From positions 22,964,099-23,028,098 of the forward strand of contig CM119265.1 of assembly GCA_051294375.1 (NCBI GenBank): a DNA stretch of 64,000 nt. The letters are read 5' to 3'. The translations under genes were made by a program, and so were the position numbers. Shown here one piece after another: positions 63,949-64,000 of this stretch. The notes beneath the pieces are model-generated. The model saw nothing but the letters and a program-made list of their open reading frames with translations, was not told the origin of the DNA and made no database searches. Source of the stretch: Paraspadella gotoi. Its lineage: Eukaryota; Animalia; Chaetognatha. How positions within the stretch are numbered: the stretch's first letter is position 1; each line of letters opens with the position of its first letter.

Positions 63949-64000
<52 letters not shown>
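62296..64000. repeat. Fourth, partial copy (D) of the duplicated block
   Basis: Collinear with ~59970-62000, ~39940-41640 and ~46045-47312. Confidence 0.85.

Overview
This is eukaryotic, animal-like genomic DNA: AT-rich introns, GC/CpG-rich exons, GT-AG introns, dense (AG)n/(CT)n microsatellites and several N gaps. Genes: (1) a 9-exon AP180/PICALM (ANTH-domain clathrin assembly protein) gene on the minus strand at 1210-6224; (2) an unrecognised ~324-aa two-transmembrane protein with a Pro-rich, PPxY-containing tail, whose six exons join in phase only across both strands, because ~10140-17746 is an inverted duplicate of ~17772-24352 (most likely a misoriented haplotig or gap fill); (3) two terminal exons of an unidentified acidic, low-complexity protein at 30084-31249, with an indel-riddled second copy; (4) tRNA-Asp and intron-containing tRNA-Tyr inside a 1.9-kb insertion found in only one of two duplicated blocks. 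RNA and mobile features: two minimal Penelope-type hammerhead ribozymes (one seen twice because of the inverted duplication), a degenerate HDV-like ribozyme candidate, a CCA-tailed tRNA-Leu 3' fragment, hAT MITEs with 8-bp TSDs, a TTAA-targeting Kolobok-like MITE with a visible empty site, and MITEs with telomere-like cores. From ~29.3 kb to the end the window holds 2-4 noisy direct copies of one region, probably uncollapsed haplotypes or raw long-read gap fills. Most ORF-track entries are microsatellite artefacts. I see no prokaryotic system or CRISPR array and no clear-cut new multi-gene system. All alignments, translations and folds were done by eye.
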